64,000 nt of DNA from an uncultured Acidobacteriaceae bacterium (GCA_963846215.1 CAWJVC010000007.1:27402-91401), one strand, 5' to 3'; shown: positions 16,542-27,095, numbered from the stretch's first letter. The notes: generated by a model from the sequence alone, not told the origin. Numbers and translations are program-made.

Positions 16542-18131
16542 CTAGAAGGTTTTGCGGAAAATCCAAAACAAGGAACCGGAGAGCATCATGGCTACGGGCA
16601 AGGTCAGAACCCAAGCCAGAGCAAGGTTGCGGACGGTCGACCATTGAATGCCGGAGTGATTGGCGGCCATCGTTCCGGCAATGCCGGAAGAGAGAACGTG
16701 GGTGGTGCTGACGGGGAGACCGAATCCGTCAGCGGCGCCGATGGTGGCCATGGCGGTGATTTCGGCGACCGCGCCTTGCGCATAGGTAAGATGGCTCTTG
16801 CCGATTTTTTCGCCGACGGTAATCACGATGCGTTTCCATCCAACCATGGTGCCGAGGCCGAGGGCCATCGCTACAGCTACCTTTACCCAAAGAGGAATGA
16901 AACGAGTGGAGTGGTCGATGAGCTTTTTGTAGTTGGCGAGAACCGCGGCATCCGAGGTGGAGAAGGCGGGATTATGGCTTTTCTGCATGAGTCGGATGGC
17001 TTCACTGCAGAGGTACATATCATTGCGGAAGTTGCGCACGCGTTCGTTGGGGATATTTTTTAGTTCTTTGTAGAGCGCAGTCTCGTTGCCGATATCGCTG
17101 ACCAGCGTGCGCAGCGCGAGCATGGTGTTGGGGGTGAAATTCTTATCGCGGATGTATTCGGTGACGTCGTCGTGGGCGTCGCCCACTGCGGCATCGGGGC
17201 TGACATATTTGTCGAGAACGTTCGCGGCTTCTTGGGAGACGGCGATGAAGGTTTGAGAATCGCTGTAGGTGACGGCGTGATTGAGGGCGTATGCGGTCGG
17301 GACGGTGCCGATCAGAATCAGCATGATGAGGCCCATGCCTTTTTGTCCGTCATTGGAGCCGTGGAAAAAGCTGACGCCCGTGCAAGTCAGAACAAGCAGG
17401 CAGCGGATGTAGAAGGGCGGAGGTTCGGTACCTTCTGGAGCCGTATAGAGTTTGGGGTCTTTGATAAGGGCTTTAGCGAGGAGCAGAAAGAGAAAAGCGC
17501 AGCCGAAACCCACGAGCGGGGAAAGCAGGAGCGCCTTGCCGATGTTGGCGGCCTGGCTCCAATCCACACCGCTGGTGCCGCTTCTGCCATTCATGAGTTG
17601 GTTGGCGATACCGACTCCGATCACGGATCCGATCAAGGTATGGGAACTGGAGGCGGGCAATCCGAAATACCAGGTGCCGAGATTCCAGATGATGGCGGCG
17701 ACGAGCAAAGCGAAGACCATGGCGAATCCTGCCTTGCTGCCGACTTGAAGGATGAGTTCAACGGGCAGGAGCGAGACGATGGCAAACGCAACCAATCCGC
17801 TGGAGGCGAGAACGCCGAGGAAGTTCCAAAAACCTGACCATACGACAGCAATGTGTGGCTCGAGCGAATGGGTGTAGATGACCGTGGCGACGGCGTTGGC
17901 CGTGTCATGGAATCCGTTGACGAACTCGAAGCCGAGCGCCACCAGCAACGCGAGACCGAGGAGCAAGTAGGGCAGGAGGGAATCGCTATGAACAAAAGAG
18001 AGATCGTGGATCAGGCTGTGGCCGGCATACGCGACTCCTATGGCTAGCACGACTCCAAAAATGAGCATGCCGATTTTGCCTGGAGAGCGGGAGAGCTTCT
18101 GATCGAGAATGTTAGTCGATGCGGTAGCCAT
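16542..18131 (-). CDS. pitA: Inorganic phosphate transporter, PiT family
   Basis: GFEFVNGFHDTANAVATVIY and a second signature FHGSNDGQKGMGLI, with about 10 TM helices. Confidence 0.9.
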   Translation of the reverse strand: MATASTNILDQKLSRSPGKIGMLIFGVVLAIGVAYAGHSLIHDLSFVHSDSLLPYLLLGLALLVALGFEFVNGFHDTANAVATVIYTHSLEPHIAVVWSGFWNFLGVLASSGLVAFAIVSLLPVELILQVGSKAGFAMVFALLVAAIIWNLGTWYFGLPASSSHTLIGSVIGVGIANQLMNGRSGTSGVDWSQAANIGKALLLSPLVGFGCAFLFLLLAKALIKDPKLYTAPEGTEPPPFYIRCLLVLTCTGVSFFHGSNDGQKGMGLIMLILIGTVPTAYALNHAVTYSDSQTFIAVSQEAANVLDKYVSPDAAVGDAHDDVTEYIRDKNFTPNTMLALRTLVSDIGNETALYKELKNIPNERVRNFRNDMYLCSEAIRLMQKSHNPAFSTSDAAVLANYKKLIDHSTRFIPLWVKVAVAMALGLGTMVGWKRIVITVGEKIGKSHLTYAQGAVAEITAMATIGAADGFGLPVSTTHVLSSGIAGTMAANHSGIQWSTVRNLALAWVLTLPVAMMLSGSLFWIFRKTF

Positions 18132-18335
18132 GGAGTCCTCGCTTGTATGCGAATGAAATTTAATAGGAGTGCTGAAGGGCGTAACTATACGGAAGCATTG
18201 TTACGCCAGTGTGAAAATGGCCGCACTAATTTGGCGCGGCAGATTGAAGTTTTGGGATAACGGTAAAGACGTTTCGTGACATCCAACTTCACGCAACTTA
18301 ACCTTTTAGAATTAAATCGCTCTGAGGAGGAGCCC

Positions 18336-18644
18336 ATGCCTAACGTGAGAGTCGCTTTGCTGGCACGAATTGAAGCGAAACCTGGGAAGGAAGAAGAAGT
18401 GGAGAGCTTCTTACGCAGCGCGCTGTCCCTGGTGGAGGAAGAGCCCGAGACCGTGGAATGGTTTGCGATCAAATTGGGCCCTTCGACCTTTGGAATATTT
18501 GACACGTTTAAACAGGAAGCAGGGCGGCAGGCACACCTGAACGGGCGGGTGGCGGCGGCATTGATGGCAAATGCGGGAACGCTGTTAGCGAAGGCTCCGG
18601 TGATCGAAAAATGCGAGGTGCTGGAATGGAAGCCGGCGAAATAG
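18336..18644 (+). CDS. ABM-domain (antibiotic-biosynthesis-monooxygenase-like) protein
   Basis: The ATG at 18336 is preceded by GAGGAGG. About 102 aa, with a ferredoxin-like pattern VRVALLARIEAKPGKEEEVESFL...WFAIKLGPSTFGIFDTF. Confidence 0.6.
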   Translation: MPNVRVALLARIEAKPGKEEEVESFLRSALSLVEEEPETVEWFAIKLGPSTFGIFDTFKQEAGRQAHLNGRVAAALMANAGTLLAKAPVIEKCEVLEWKPAK

Positions 18645-18781
18645 GGAAAAATTTTGCGCAAATGGGTGCAACTTTTATGTCAACCCCATACTGCAGCGTG
18701 GCAACTAATTATCAGAATGCCAGTAATAAACCCCGCAGCGGCAACGGGTAACCGATGCCCTGCAACAATGGAGGAGTAAAC

Positions 18782-18994
18782 ATGGCAGACGATATGAATA
18801 AAAATAAGCAGCAGGGTGGCCAGTACGGCCAAGGGCAAGGCCAGCAAGGACAAAGCCAACAGGGACAGCCCGGTCAAAAGAGCGGACAAACGGGACAGTC
18901 CGGTCAACAGCAGGGAAATGTTGACCCCAACAAGAAGAACTCCTCTCTGGACGATGAGCAGGAAGATCGCGATCGTCAGCGACGCGCGTCCTAA
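18782..18994 (+). CDS. 70-aa Gln/Gly-rich low-complexity protein
   Basis: The ATG at 18782 has GGAGGAG 5 nt upstream, and a strong terminator follows. The sequence is MADDMNKNKQQGGQYGQGQGQQGQSQQGQPGQKSGQTGQSGQQQGN... with an acidic/basic tail. Confidence 0.65.
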   Translation: MADDMNKNKQQGGQYGQGQGQQGQSQQGQPGQKSGQTGQSGQQQGNVDPNKKNSSLDDEQEDRDRQRRAS

Positions 18995-19017
18995 TTGAGC
19001 GCGTAGCAGTTTCTCAC

Positions 19018-19049
19018 GAGCCCCGGTCATTCGATCGGGGCTCTTTATT
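19018..19049 (+). terminator. Intrinsic terminator
   Basis: GAGCCCCG (19018-19025) pairs with CGGGGCTC (19036-19043), followed by TTTATT. Confidence 0.75.
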
Positions 19050-19201
19050 GTCTGGAACTTGATTAATTGGAATTTGCAGCTGCTTCTCCCCTCACCTGAC
19101 TTCGATCGACGAGCGCCCTCTTCAGAAACCCTCAATGTTTGTGCGACATGTTTATTCAACTTGGCCGAGCAGGCCGATGGGGCTTCGGGTAAAGCTGGCA
19201 A

Positions 19202-21580
19202 TTGTTTAGAATAGGGGATTCGTCTAACCTTGGCAGGGGATTCTTGCGCTGGACGAAATTTGCCTTGGAACAGTCCAATCACAAATCCGACGAGTCGGTT
19301 CGAACGGCGCCAACGGTTTATTGGCGCGTAGAAGGCAGCCTGCTCGATCTCACGGTGGTGAAGCCGGTAGCCTTCTTCACCTGGAACGCTCAGACATTTT
19401 CGGAGCGCTTTCGGCGGCGAGGGCTAATTTTCCTAATGGCGGTGCTGCGTCCTTTTCTTTACTCCACCAATCGGAAGTTCGCGACACGGGTGGTGCATAC
19501 GGCGTTACGGGGGGTAACGCGCGATCGACTGGATCTGCTGGGCGAAGAATATTTCCAGTACAAACTAAAGCCCCAGTTGAAGGCGCGGGGAGTGGAGCGC
19601 GTGCAGGAATTGGTGCGCTCAGGTGCGGATGTGGTGCTGGTCAGCCAGGGACTCGAGCACGTGATGAAGCCTTTGGCGTTGCATCTGGGGGTGAAGCGCA
19701 TCGTTGCAAACCGCCTGGAGTTTCGCGATGGGGTGGCGACCGGAAGGTTGCTGGAGCCGATCATTCGTCCGCGCGGGGCGTTCGCGCCGATTCGCGACCA
19801 AAGTCCCGATGGACGGCGGGCTCCGAAGACGTTGGCTCGGCAATTGGATATCACACTGGAAGAATTGAAGGCCGCGGTGATTGAGTCCGAGCGGGAGTCG
19901 CCGGCGCAGGAACGCCCAATTGTTCATTTCGAAGGCAAGCTACAGGAAGCGGGATTTTCAGTACGACGGGCGCTGGCGGATAAGCACGTGATGTTGATCG
20001 GCGTTACCGGGTTTATCGGGAAGGTGTGGCTGGCCAATACGCTGATGCAATTGCCGAAGATCGGTCGAATTTATTTGCTGATCCGGCGGCAGAAATCGAA
20101 TCCGGCGCAGCGGCGGTTTGAAAAAATTGTAGAGGAGTCGCCAGTCTTCGACCCGCTATTCGAGAAATATGGAATTGGGCTGGCGGAATATTTGCGAGAA
20201 AAAGTTGAGGTGGTTGAAGGGGACGTCACGCGCGAAGAGTTAGGACTGGATGCGGAAGTGGCCAGACGGCTGAAGAGAAATCTGGACTTGGTCATCAATA
20301 GTTCGGGATTAACGGACTTCAATCCTGACTTGCGGGATGCCCTAGCGACCAATACAGACGCGGCGATGAACATTCTGGAATTTCTGCGCGCGACGGATCA
20401 TGCGGGTTTACTGCATCTCTCTACATGCTATGTGGCAGGAGAGCGGGACGGACGTGTACCGGAGAAGGTGATCCCAAATTACACGCCGCATCACGTAGCG
20501 AATTTCGACGCCGAGCAGGAGTGGCGGTCGCTGCAGGAATTAATCGCGAAGGCGGAGGCGAAGGCGGAGGGCGCGGATGTTACGGCGGACTTGCGATCGC
20601 AATCGCTGGCCAAGGAACATGCGTCGAAGGCTTTACAGGGCGCGGCGTTGGAAAATCAGATTCGCAAGAACCGGATTCGCTGGCTGAAGACGTACCTGAC
20701 AGACGAAGGAACGAGGCGTGCCAAGGAATTGGGCTGGCCGAATACTTATACGCTGACGAAGAGCCTTGCGGAATCGCTGATTGTGAAGTATGGCAAAGGG
20801 TTGCCGATTGCCGTGGTACGTCCGGCGATTGTAGAGACTTCGGTGGCCAAGCCGTTCCTGGGCTGGAATGAGGGCATCAATACATCGGCATCCCTCTCGT
20901 ATCTGCTGGGGACATATTTCCGACAGTTGCCCTCGAACGAGAGCAAGCGGCTGGACATTATTCCGGTGGATGCGGTCTGCGACGGAATGACGCTGATTGC
21001 GGCCGCGATTGTGGAGCGGCGGCACGATGAGTTGTATCAGCTGGCGACCTCGGCGACGAATCCTTGTGATATGGGGCGGTCGATTGAGCTGACATCGCTG
21101 GCGCACCGTAAACATTATCGGGCGCAGGAAGGCCTGGAATCATGGCTACGGCTGCGATTCGATGCGATTCCAGTGTCGAAGACGCGCTATCAGCGGATGT
21201 CTGCGCCAGCGCAGAAGGCGATTGTGAAATCGATTCAGCGGATTATGGCTCCGCTTCCTCTGAAAAAGACTCCGCTGGTGAAAGCGGAGAGAAGTCTGGA
21301 GCGGCTGGAAAAGTTAATTGAATTATTTGAGCCGTTCATCCTGTTCAATGAGCACGATTTTGCAGCGGACAATGTGGAAAAATTATCGCATGCGCTGGTC
21401 GAGGACGAGCGGGACGAATTTGGCTACAAGGCTCGCTTGCTGGACTGGTGGGATTACTGGATCAACGTGCATATTCCGGCGTTGCGAAAGTGGACGTATC
21501 CTTTGATCGAAGGCAGGCCGCTGGAAGCGCGTCCGGCGCGGAGTTTGGAGAATGGGGAGACGGTGAAGACTGGAACTTAG
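19202..21580 (+). CDS. Fusion: degenerate HAD-IB-like domain + fatty acyl-CoA/ACP reductase (NAD_binding_4 + FAR C-terminal domain)
   Basis: Rossmann motif GVTGFIGKVWL, active-site region STCYV...YTLTK, and a long FAR-type C-terminal domain. The N-terminal ~220 aa is HAD-like (VLVSQGLEHVMKPLALHLG). The start codon is uncertain (TTG at 19202 in the ORF track). Confidence 0.8.
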   Translation: MFRIGDSSNLGRGFLRWTKFALEQSNHKSDESVRTAPTVYWRVEGSLLDLTVVKPVAFFTWNAQTFSERFRRRGLIFLMAVLRPFLYSTNRKFATRVVHTALRGVTRDRLDLLGEEYFQYKLKPQLKARGVERVQELVRSGADVVLVSQGLEHVMKPLALHLGVKRIVANRLEFRDGVATGRLLEPIIRPRGAFAPIRDQSPDGRRAPKTLARQLDITLEELKAAVIESERESPAQERPIVHFEGKLQEAGFSVRRALADKHVMLIGVTGFIGKVWLANTLMQLPKIGRIYLLIRRQKSNPAQRRFEKIVEESPVFDPLFEKYGIGLAEYLREKVEVVEGDVTREELGLDAEVARRLKRNLDLVINSSGLTDFNPDLRDALATNTDAAMNILEFLRATDHAGLLHLSTCYVAGERDGRVPEKVIPNYTPHHVANFDAEQEWRSLQELIAKAEAKAEGADVTADLRSQSLAKEHASKALQGAALENQIRKNRIRWLKTYLTDEGTRRAKELGWPNTYTLTKSLAESLIVKYGKGLPIAVVRPAIVETSVAKPFLGWNEGINTSASLSYLLGTYFRQLPSNESKRLDIIPVDAVCDGMTLIAAAIVERRHDELYQLATSATNPCDMGRSIELTSLAHRKHYRAQEGLESWLRLRFDAIPVSKTRYQRMSAPAQKAIVKSIQRIMAPLPLKKTPLVKAERSLERLEKLIELFEPFILFNEHDFAADNVEKLSHALVEDERDEFGYKARLLDWWDYWINVHIPALRKWTYPLIEGRPLEARPARSLENGETVKTGT

Positions 21581-21647
21581 GCTTCGGCCAGTTGCGTGGC
21601 GCAGAGCTCTTTCGACTTCGCACAGAAAAAGGGAACGGAATTATTGA

Positions 21648-22778
21648 ATGGCGATATTTTTGACGGGATCGACGGGATACATTGGGGCGCATGTGGCGGC
21701 AAACCTGCTGCGTGACGGCGCCGCGCTGAATGTGCTGGTGCGGGCGGCGGATGTGGGCGAGGCGGAAGCGAGGCTGTGGCAGGCGCTGCAGTTGCATTTG
21801 GAGTTCCCGCAGTTCTACGAGTACTTGCAAACGCGGGTGCGGGTTTTTCGGGGAGATCTGACGGATCCAGGATTTGGGTTGGGTCGAGATGAATATGATC
21901 GGCTCGTGCATACGACCGACTCCGTGATTCATTGTGCGGCATCGCTGAATCGCAAGTCCGAGAAGAGTTGTCTGAATGTGAATCTGCGTGGAACCCTGGA
22001 AGTGCTGACGCTGGCCCGGCAAGCCGAGCATTATCATGGACTGAGTCGCTTCAGCCTGGTCAGTACGGTGGCGGTGGCAGGGAAGCGGGAGAACGAGGTG
22101 GTCAGCGAAGACCGATCGATTGACTGGAATCGCTCGGATTACGATCCTTATGCGCGAACAAAAAAATTCAGCGAACATATGATGCGAGTGTTGTTGCCGG
22201 AAACGCCGAAGACGATTTTCCGGCCCAGCATCGTTCTGGGTGACAGTCGATATGCAGAGACCACCCAGTTCGATATGGTGAAGGCTTTTGTGTTTCTGGC
22301 TGGACTGCCGGTGCTGCCGTTTCGTGCGACGGACAAGATCGATATTGTGAATGTGGATTTTGTGGCCGACGCGATCTCAACTCTGCATCAGAAGGAGCAT
22401 CCGCAATTCGACACCTATCACCTTTCGTCGGGAAGGGAATCCCAGACATTTCGAGAGATTACGAAGGCATTAGCGACGTCGCAGAATAAACGGGCGCCGG
22501 TTTTTGTTCCCGTGGCAGAACGTCCATTTGCAGGGTCGGTGAATTTTCTAGCGAATCGCAAAGGGTCCGTCGGGAAAGGCGCGTCGCTGATGAAGGTTTT
22601 CATGCCATATCTGGTGTGGAACACGGTTTTCGATAATACGAGAGTGACCACTGAGTTGGGAAAGAAGCCGGTACCATTTTCAGAGTACTGCTATCCCCTG
22701 CTGAAATTCAGCACGGAGAATCATTTCGAATACAAATATCGACCGTGGCCCGCGGCGGTGGGAGGGTCGGCGGCATGA
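21648..22778 (+). CDS. SDR-family NAD-dependent reductase (thioester-reductase/epimerase-like)
   Basis: [19 protein letters not shown], and YARTKKFSE provides the YxxxK motif. Confidence 0.8.
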   Translation: MAIFLTGSTGYIGAHVAANLLRDGAALNVLVRAADVGEAEARLWQALQLHLEFPQFYEYLQTRVRVFRGDLTDPGFGLGRDEYDRLVHTTDSVIHCAASLNRKSEKSCLNVNLRGTLEVLTLARQAEHYHGLSRFSLVSTVAVAGKRENEVVSEDRSIDWNRSDYDPYARTKKFSEHMMRVLLPETPKTIFRPSIVLGDSRYAETTQFDMVKAFVFLAGLPVLPFRATDKIDIVNVDFVADAISTLHQKEHPQFDTYHLSSGRESQTFREITKALATSQNKRAPVFVPVAERPFAGSVNFLANRKGSVGKGASLMKVFMPYLVWNTVFDNTRVTTELGKKPVPFSEYCYPLLKFSTENHFEYKYRPWPAAVGGSAA

Positions 22779-24184
22779 TGGATTTTGTTCTAGAGGCATG
22801 GGTGAGCAGTTCGATCGAGCGCGCCAAGGCGTCGTGGATGTTGGGCGGGGGCAAGCGCTGGCAGCCTGGGCAGAAATTGAAGTTGCTTTTTGCGGGCTAT
22901 AACGGAACGCGAAATATGGGCTCGGATGTTCGCGTGGAAGAAATGTTGCGCCAGATTCGTCACATTCTGGGTGCGGAGCGGGTGGAATTCAGCGTGATGA
23001 GCCAGAATTTCGATTTCTCGCGCGGATACTTTGAAGGAACGAGGCAGGTGCATCTGCCTGACATTTTTCCACCATTTCTAGCGCACGAAGTGCCGCAGCA
23101 CGATGGAGTGGTGGCGTGCGAAGGATCGATGTTCAAAAGCAAGTTTGCCAATGCGCTGACCACGATGATGATTGGCTCGCTCGGAATTGCGGCGGCCCAA
23201 AATAAATTGTCTGTGGGGTATGGAGCTGAAGCGGGACACATGGATCCGCTGGTGGCGAAGATGTGTGCGCGCTATTGCAAGAGTTCCTTCGTAATTACGC
23301 GCAATGAGGAGTCGCGCGGAGTGCTGCGCGAGTTGGGTGTACCGACGGAACTAGGAACGGATACGGCTTGGACGTTCGAGCCTCGTCCGCCAGAGTACGG
23401 ACAGAGCGTGCTGAGAAAAGTTGGCTGGGACGGTAAGACGCCGGTGCTGGTGGTGTGTCCGATTAATCCATTTGAGTGGCCGGTGAAGGCGTCAGTGGCG
23501 AAGTACGCGTTGCGGAGTCTGACAGGAGTTTATAAGGACAGCCACTACCGGACGGTCTATTTTCACAATTCGGGTCCGGCCGCCAAGCAGGCATATCAGA
23601 AATATTGGACTTCGATTGCCAATGCGGTCGATGCCTTCCGCAAAAAGAAAAATGTTTTCGTAATTCTGGCCGCTACGGAGCGTCTGGATGCGCGTCCGGC
23701 TCACCGCATTTCCGAGAAGCTGGGCGGGGTGCCGGTTCTGACTTCCGACGATTACAGCATGTATGAACTGGTGAGCGTGCTGCGGGCTTGCCACATGATG
23801 GCATCGTCGCGGTATCACGGGATCGTGACGTCGATGCCGGGGTTGGTGCCATCAGCGGGGATCACGATGGACGAGCGGATTCGCAATTTGATGCGGGAAC
23901 GGGGGCATCAGGATTTACTGATGACGGTAGATGATCCGGAACTGGAAGGAAAGTTATTAGCTGCGCTGGAGAAATTGAGTCGCGAGGGAGAGGCGATCGC
24001 GACTGGTATCGCGCGGACGGTAGTGAAGAATTTAAAGGTGATGGCGCGCATGGGAGTTTATTTCGAGGAAGAAGTGCGAAGAAGATATCCGGAGTTTGAA
24101 ACCCGGCGCGGAGAGTGGAGTTGGGAGGATTATTTGCCGCCCATGAGTAGAGGCTTGCAGGAATTAGTGGCGGCTTATAACTAG
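22775..24184 (+). CDS. Polysaccharide pyruvyl-transferase-family protein
   Basis: The ATG overlaps the upstream stop (ATGA). [22 protein letters not shown] and [13 protein letters not shown] resemble the PS_pyruv_trans signature regions. Confidence 0.6.
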   Translation: MMDFVLEAWVSSSIERAKASWMLGGGKRWQPGQKLKLLFAGYNGTRNMGSDVRVEEMLRQIRHILGAERVEFSVMSQNFDFSRGYFEGTRQVHLPDIFPPFLAHEVPQHDGVVACEGSMFKSKFANALTTMMIGSLGIAAAQNKLSVGYGAEAGHMDPLVAKMCARYCKSSFVITRNEESRGVLRELGVPTELGTDTAWTFEPRPPEYGQSVLRKVGWDGKTPVLVVCPINPFEWPVKASVAKYALRSLTGVYKDSHYRTVYFHNSGPAAKQAYQKYWTSIANAVDAFRKKKNVFVILAATERLDARPAHRISEKLGGVPVLTSDDYSMYELVSVLRACHMMASSRYHGIVTSMPGLVPSAGITMDERIRNLMRERGHQDLLMTVDDPELEGKLLAALEKLSREGEAIATGIARTVVKNLKVMARMGVYFEEEVRRRYPEFETRRGEWSWEDYLPPMSRGLQELVAAYN

Positions 24185-24223
24185 CGGCATCAACTCCTTC
24201 AATACAAATTCCTGTTCAGGTTT

Positions 24224-25894
24224 GTGAATACGACACTTCCATTTATCGGAGACATTTTTGCCCAACTGCAGAGGGCCGCGGATAGGCGGATTCTTGCCGA
24301 AATCCGCGATGGGCAGGTAACAGGCGTCACCGGAAGCGAGCTGCTGGAGCTGATCCGCAGAGCGCGGACTTTTATCGCGTCAAAGGGATTGAAAAAGGGT
24401 GACCGGTGCGGACTGCTCGCCGCCAACAGCATTCGCTGGGTAGCAATGGATTTGGCGCTGATGGCAGAGGGACTGATTGTGGTGCCTCTTTATTCGCGGC
24501 AAGCACCCTCGGAACTGGTGGCAATGATGAAAGACTGCACGCCATCGATGCTGTGTTGCGGAGAGGCAGGGCTACGAGATGGAATCGTGCAGGCTTGGGG
24601 TGAAGCGCCTCCACAGTTTTTATTCGACGAGATTTTTGCAGGTGTAGACGGTGTGCAGTTGGAGCGGCCGCAGGTAGGGAATGACGATCCGGTCGCGGTT
24701 ATCTATACCTCGGGAACTTCGGGTGAAGCTAAGGGAGTAGTACTGACAGCGGGGAATGTTGGATTCATGCTGGACCGGACGGCGGAGCGTTTGGACGCTT
24801 TGATGGCCGCTGCGGCGCGCGCCGAGGGCCAGGATCAAATCTTTCACTATTTGCCATTTACGTTTGCGGCGTCGTGGATTGCGTTGCTGACTTTTTTGAA
24901 GCGGCGGAGCCTGGTGACGATCAACATGGATCTGACCAAGATCGCGAGCGACATGCGAACGGTGGCACCAGACTATTTCTTGAACGTCCCGCAACTGTTG
25001 GAGCGTATGAGACGCGCGGTAGACGAACAGTTGTGGCAGACGGGCGGTGTGGCGCAAGCCATTTATTCGCGCGCTAAAGCGGCCTGGGTTCGAAAACAAG
25101 AGAAGCAATCTAAACCCGGGGACGCGTTGTGGCTGGGCCTGGCAAATCGCCTGGTATTTCCGGCAATCCGGAAGAAAATGATCGGCAAAAATCTGCAGGC
25201 GCTGATTTGCGGGTCGGCGCCACTGAGCGCTGAGACACAACTTTATTTCATGATGCTGAGCGTGCGTGTTCTGCAAGTGTACGGTCTGACGGAAACGACA
25301 GCGATCTGCACGATGGATGATCCGAACCAGGTTGAGGTGGGACGAGTGGGACCGGCGATTGCGGGAATGGAAATGCGGCTTGGGGAGAATGATGAAATCC
25401 TGGTGCGCGGACCCAATATTTTTCGGGAATACTGGAATCGCCCGGAGCAAACCGCTGAAGCCTTACGGGATGGATGGTTTCACACGGGAGATCAGGGTGA
25501 AGTGGATGCGTCGGGAAATTGGCGGATCGCGGGGAGGATCAAGAATCTGATTGTTCTTGGGTCAGGGCACAAGATTTCGCCGGAGCCGATCGAGAATACG
25601 ATTGCGAAACTCTTGCCAGAGGCGCAGCAAGTGGTGGTGGTGGGGAATGGACGTGGATACCTGTCGGCGCTGGTGACGGGGACTGTGACAGAGGAAAGAG
25701 TAAAAGCCGTCCTCGATGCGGTGAACCCGAATTTGGCGCATTACAAGCAGGTGCGGGCCTTTTGTGTGCTGCCGCAAGCCTTCTCGGTTGAAAATGGCGC
25801 ACTGACGGTGAACGGGAAGTTGAAGCGCGATGTGATTTCAGCGCGAACGAAAAATGAAATCGAAGACATGTACCGCGTGAAGCAAGCGGTGTAG
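24224..25894 (+). CDS. AMP-dependent synthetase/ligase (long-chain acyl-CoA or acyl-ACP synthetase type)
   Basis: IYTSGTSGEAKGVVLT, YGLTET, WFHTGDQG, and GKLKR at the C-terminus. Confidence 0.88.
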   Translation: MNTTLPFIGDIFAQLQRAADRRILAEIRDGQVTGVTGSELLELIRRARTFIASKGLKKGDRCGLLAANSIRWVAMDLALMAEGLIVVPLYSRQAPSELVAMMKDCTPSMLCCGEAGLRDGIVQAWGEAPPQFLFDEIFAGVDGVQLERPQVGNDDPVAVIYTSGTSGEAKGVVLTAGNVGFMLDRTAERLDALMAAAARAEGQDQIFHYLPFTFAASWIALLTFLKRRSLVTINMDLTKIASDMRTVAPDYFLNVPQLLERMRRAVDEQLWQTGGVAQAIYSRAKAAWVRKQEKQSKPGDALWLGLANRLVFPAIRKKMIGKNLQALICGSAPLSAETQLYFMMLSVRVLQVYGLTETTAICTMDDPNQVEVGRVGPAIAGMEMRLGENDEILVRGPNIFREYWNRPEQTAEALRDGWFHTGDQGEVDASGNWRIAGRIKNLIVLGSGHKISPEPIENTIAKLLPEAQQVVVVGNGRGYLSALVTGTVTEERVKAVLDAVNPNLAHYKQVRAFCVLPQAFSVENGALTVNGKLKRDVISARTKNEIEDMYRVKQAV

Positions 25895-25920
25895 TTGAAA
25901 CGGAATTAGTTGCGAAGAAT

Positions 25921-26760
25921 ATGACGGTAAAAGAAGGAAAATCCGGCGCCGGGTTGGGAAGCTCTTGCGGCGGCACAGCTCTGTCCTGGACGGTCACGGA
26001 CGGGGTGATTGAACTGGCATTGCACCGCGCGCCTTGCAACGAATTGGGGTCCACGTCTCTGGAGCAATTGGAAATTTTCGTGACGGCTTTAGAGAGTATG
26101 CAAAGAGACGCGCACGCTCTCATTATCTATAGCGAGATGAAGCCGGGATTCTGCGCAGGTGCGGATTTACGCGAACTCTATCAGCGATCGCAGGCGATGG
26201 AAAAAGTTGAAGCGGCGCGGGGGGTTCGTGACTTTCTGGAACGCATTCACCGCGTGCTGAATGTGATCGACGCTGCTCCCCTGACCACGATTGCGGCCGT
26301 GCACGGCGTCACATTCGGGGGAGGATTTGAGTTAGCGCTGGCTTGCGATTTAATTATTGCCGACAAGATGGCACGATTTTGTTTTCCGGAACTGAGGTTG
26401 GGATTGATTCCGGGATTTGGCGGAATTCCGCGCTTGAAGCGCGACCTTGGCAATGCCGTGGTGAGGGACCTTTTGCTTACGGGGCGGAGTTTCAATGCGG
26501 CAAAGGCGCAGCAGATTGGACTGGTTAGTCAGGTGGTGGGCGAGGGTGAAGCCTTGCGAGCGGCGCGGGGAACAGCCGCGCAATTGAAGAAATTCGATAG
26601 GGCTACGGCGGCAGCAGCAAAACAATTTATCAAACCGATCCCGCATGAGGAGTTGCGGCGCGAGATTGATCTTTTTTGCGAATTGTTTGCCAAGCCGGCT
26701 GTCGAAGCTGGACTGCGTAAGTTTGTGGAGAGCGCAGACGCGCAACCTTACTTGCCGTAA
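25921..26760 (+). CDS. Enoyl-CoA hydratase/isomerase (crotonase) family protein
   Basis: FCAGADLREL, AAVHGVTFGGGFELALACDLIIA and FPELRLGLIPGFGG. Confidence 0.88.
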   Translation: MTVKEGKSGAGLGSSCGGTALSWTVTDGVIELALHRAPCNELGSTSLEQLEIFVTALESMQRDAHALIIYSEMKPGFCAGADLRELYQRSQAMEKVEAARGVRDFLERIHRVLNVIDAAPLTTIAAVHGVTFGGGFELALACDLIIADKMARFCFPELRLGLIPGFGGIPRLKRDLGNAVVRDLLLTGRSFNAAKAQQIGLVSQVVGEGEALRAARGTAAQLKKFDRATAAAAKQFIKPIPHEELRREIDLFCELFAKPAVEAGLRKFVESADAQPYLP

Positions 26761-26797
26761 GGAGTAGTAAGCGGCGGGTGGCGACCGCGAGTAGAGT

Positions 26798-26824
26798 GAA
26801 TCCTTCGCTTCGCTCAGGATGACA
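26798..26824 (-). repeat. Short interspersed repeat head (GTCATCCTGAGCGAAGCGAAGGATTC)
   Basis: It is related to the gtcattccgaacggc... heads at 12.5-13.4 kb and lies in the 92-bp gap between the crotonase and ACP genes. A 12-nt fragment, gtcatcctgagc, also occurs at 8423-8434. Confidence 0.6.
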
Positions 26825-26852
26825 TGGCATTGAGGGAAGCACAGAACATTTT

Positions 26853-27095
26853 ATGAAGACTGCCGATGAGACGCTGGACGAGATATTGACCCTTGCGGCG
26901 ACGCATTTTAAAGTGCCGCGCGAAAAACTTTCTCCTGACGATGATTTCTTCAAGACGCTGGGAATTGATAGTTTGCAGACTCTCGATCTGCTGACCAAGT
27001 TAGAGCATCATTTTCACGTGGAACTGCCAGATTACGAATTGCAGGGAGTTTCTGATTTCCGAACACTGGCGGGAAGAATTCAGGCGAGGCTGTGA
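26853..27095 (+). CDS. Acyl carrier protein
   Basis: 80 aa, with LGIDSLQTLDL carrying the phosphopantetheine-attachment Ser. Confidence 0.88.
   Translation: MKTADETLDEILTLAATHFKVPREKLSPDDDFFKTLGIDSLQTLDLLTKLEHHFHVELPDYELQGVSDFRTLAGRIQARL

Noticed and set aside
24620-25450. Long antisense or shadow ORFs inside well-supported genes (also 21462..22178, 38675..39370, 41364..42014, 18680..19282, 60419..61603, 54447..55928 distal part)
   Set aside because: These are typical high-GC shadow frames. They are Arg/Pro/Ser-rich with no motifs, and each is fully overlapped by a gene with clear family signatures on the other strand or frame.
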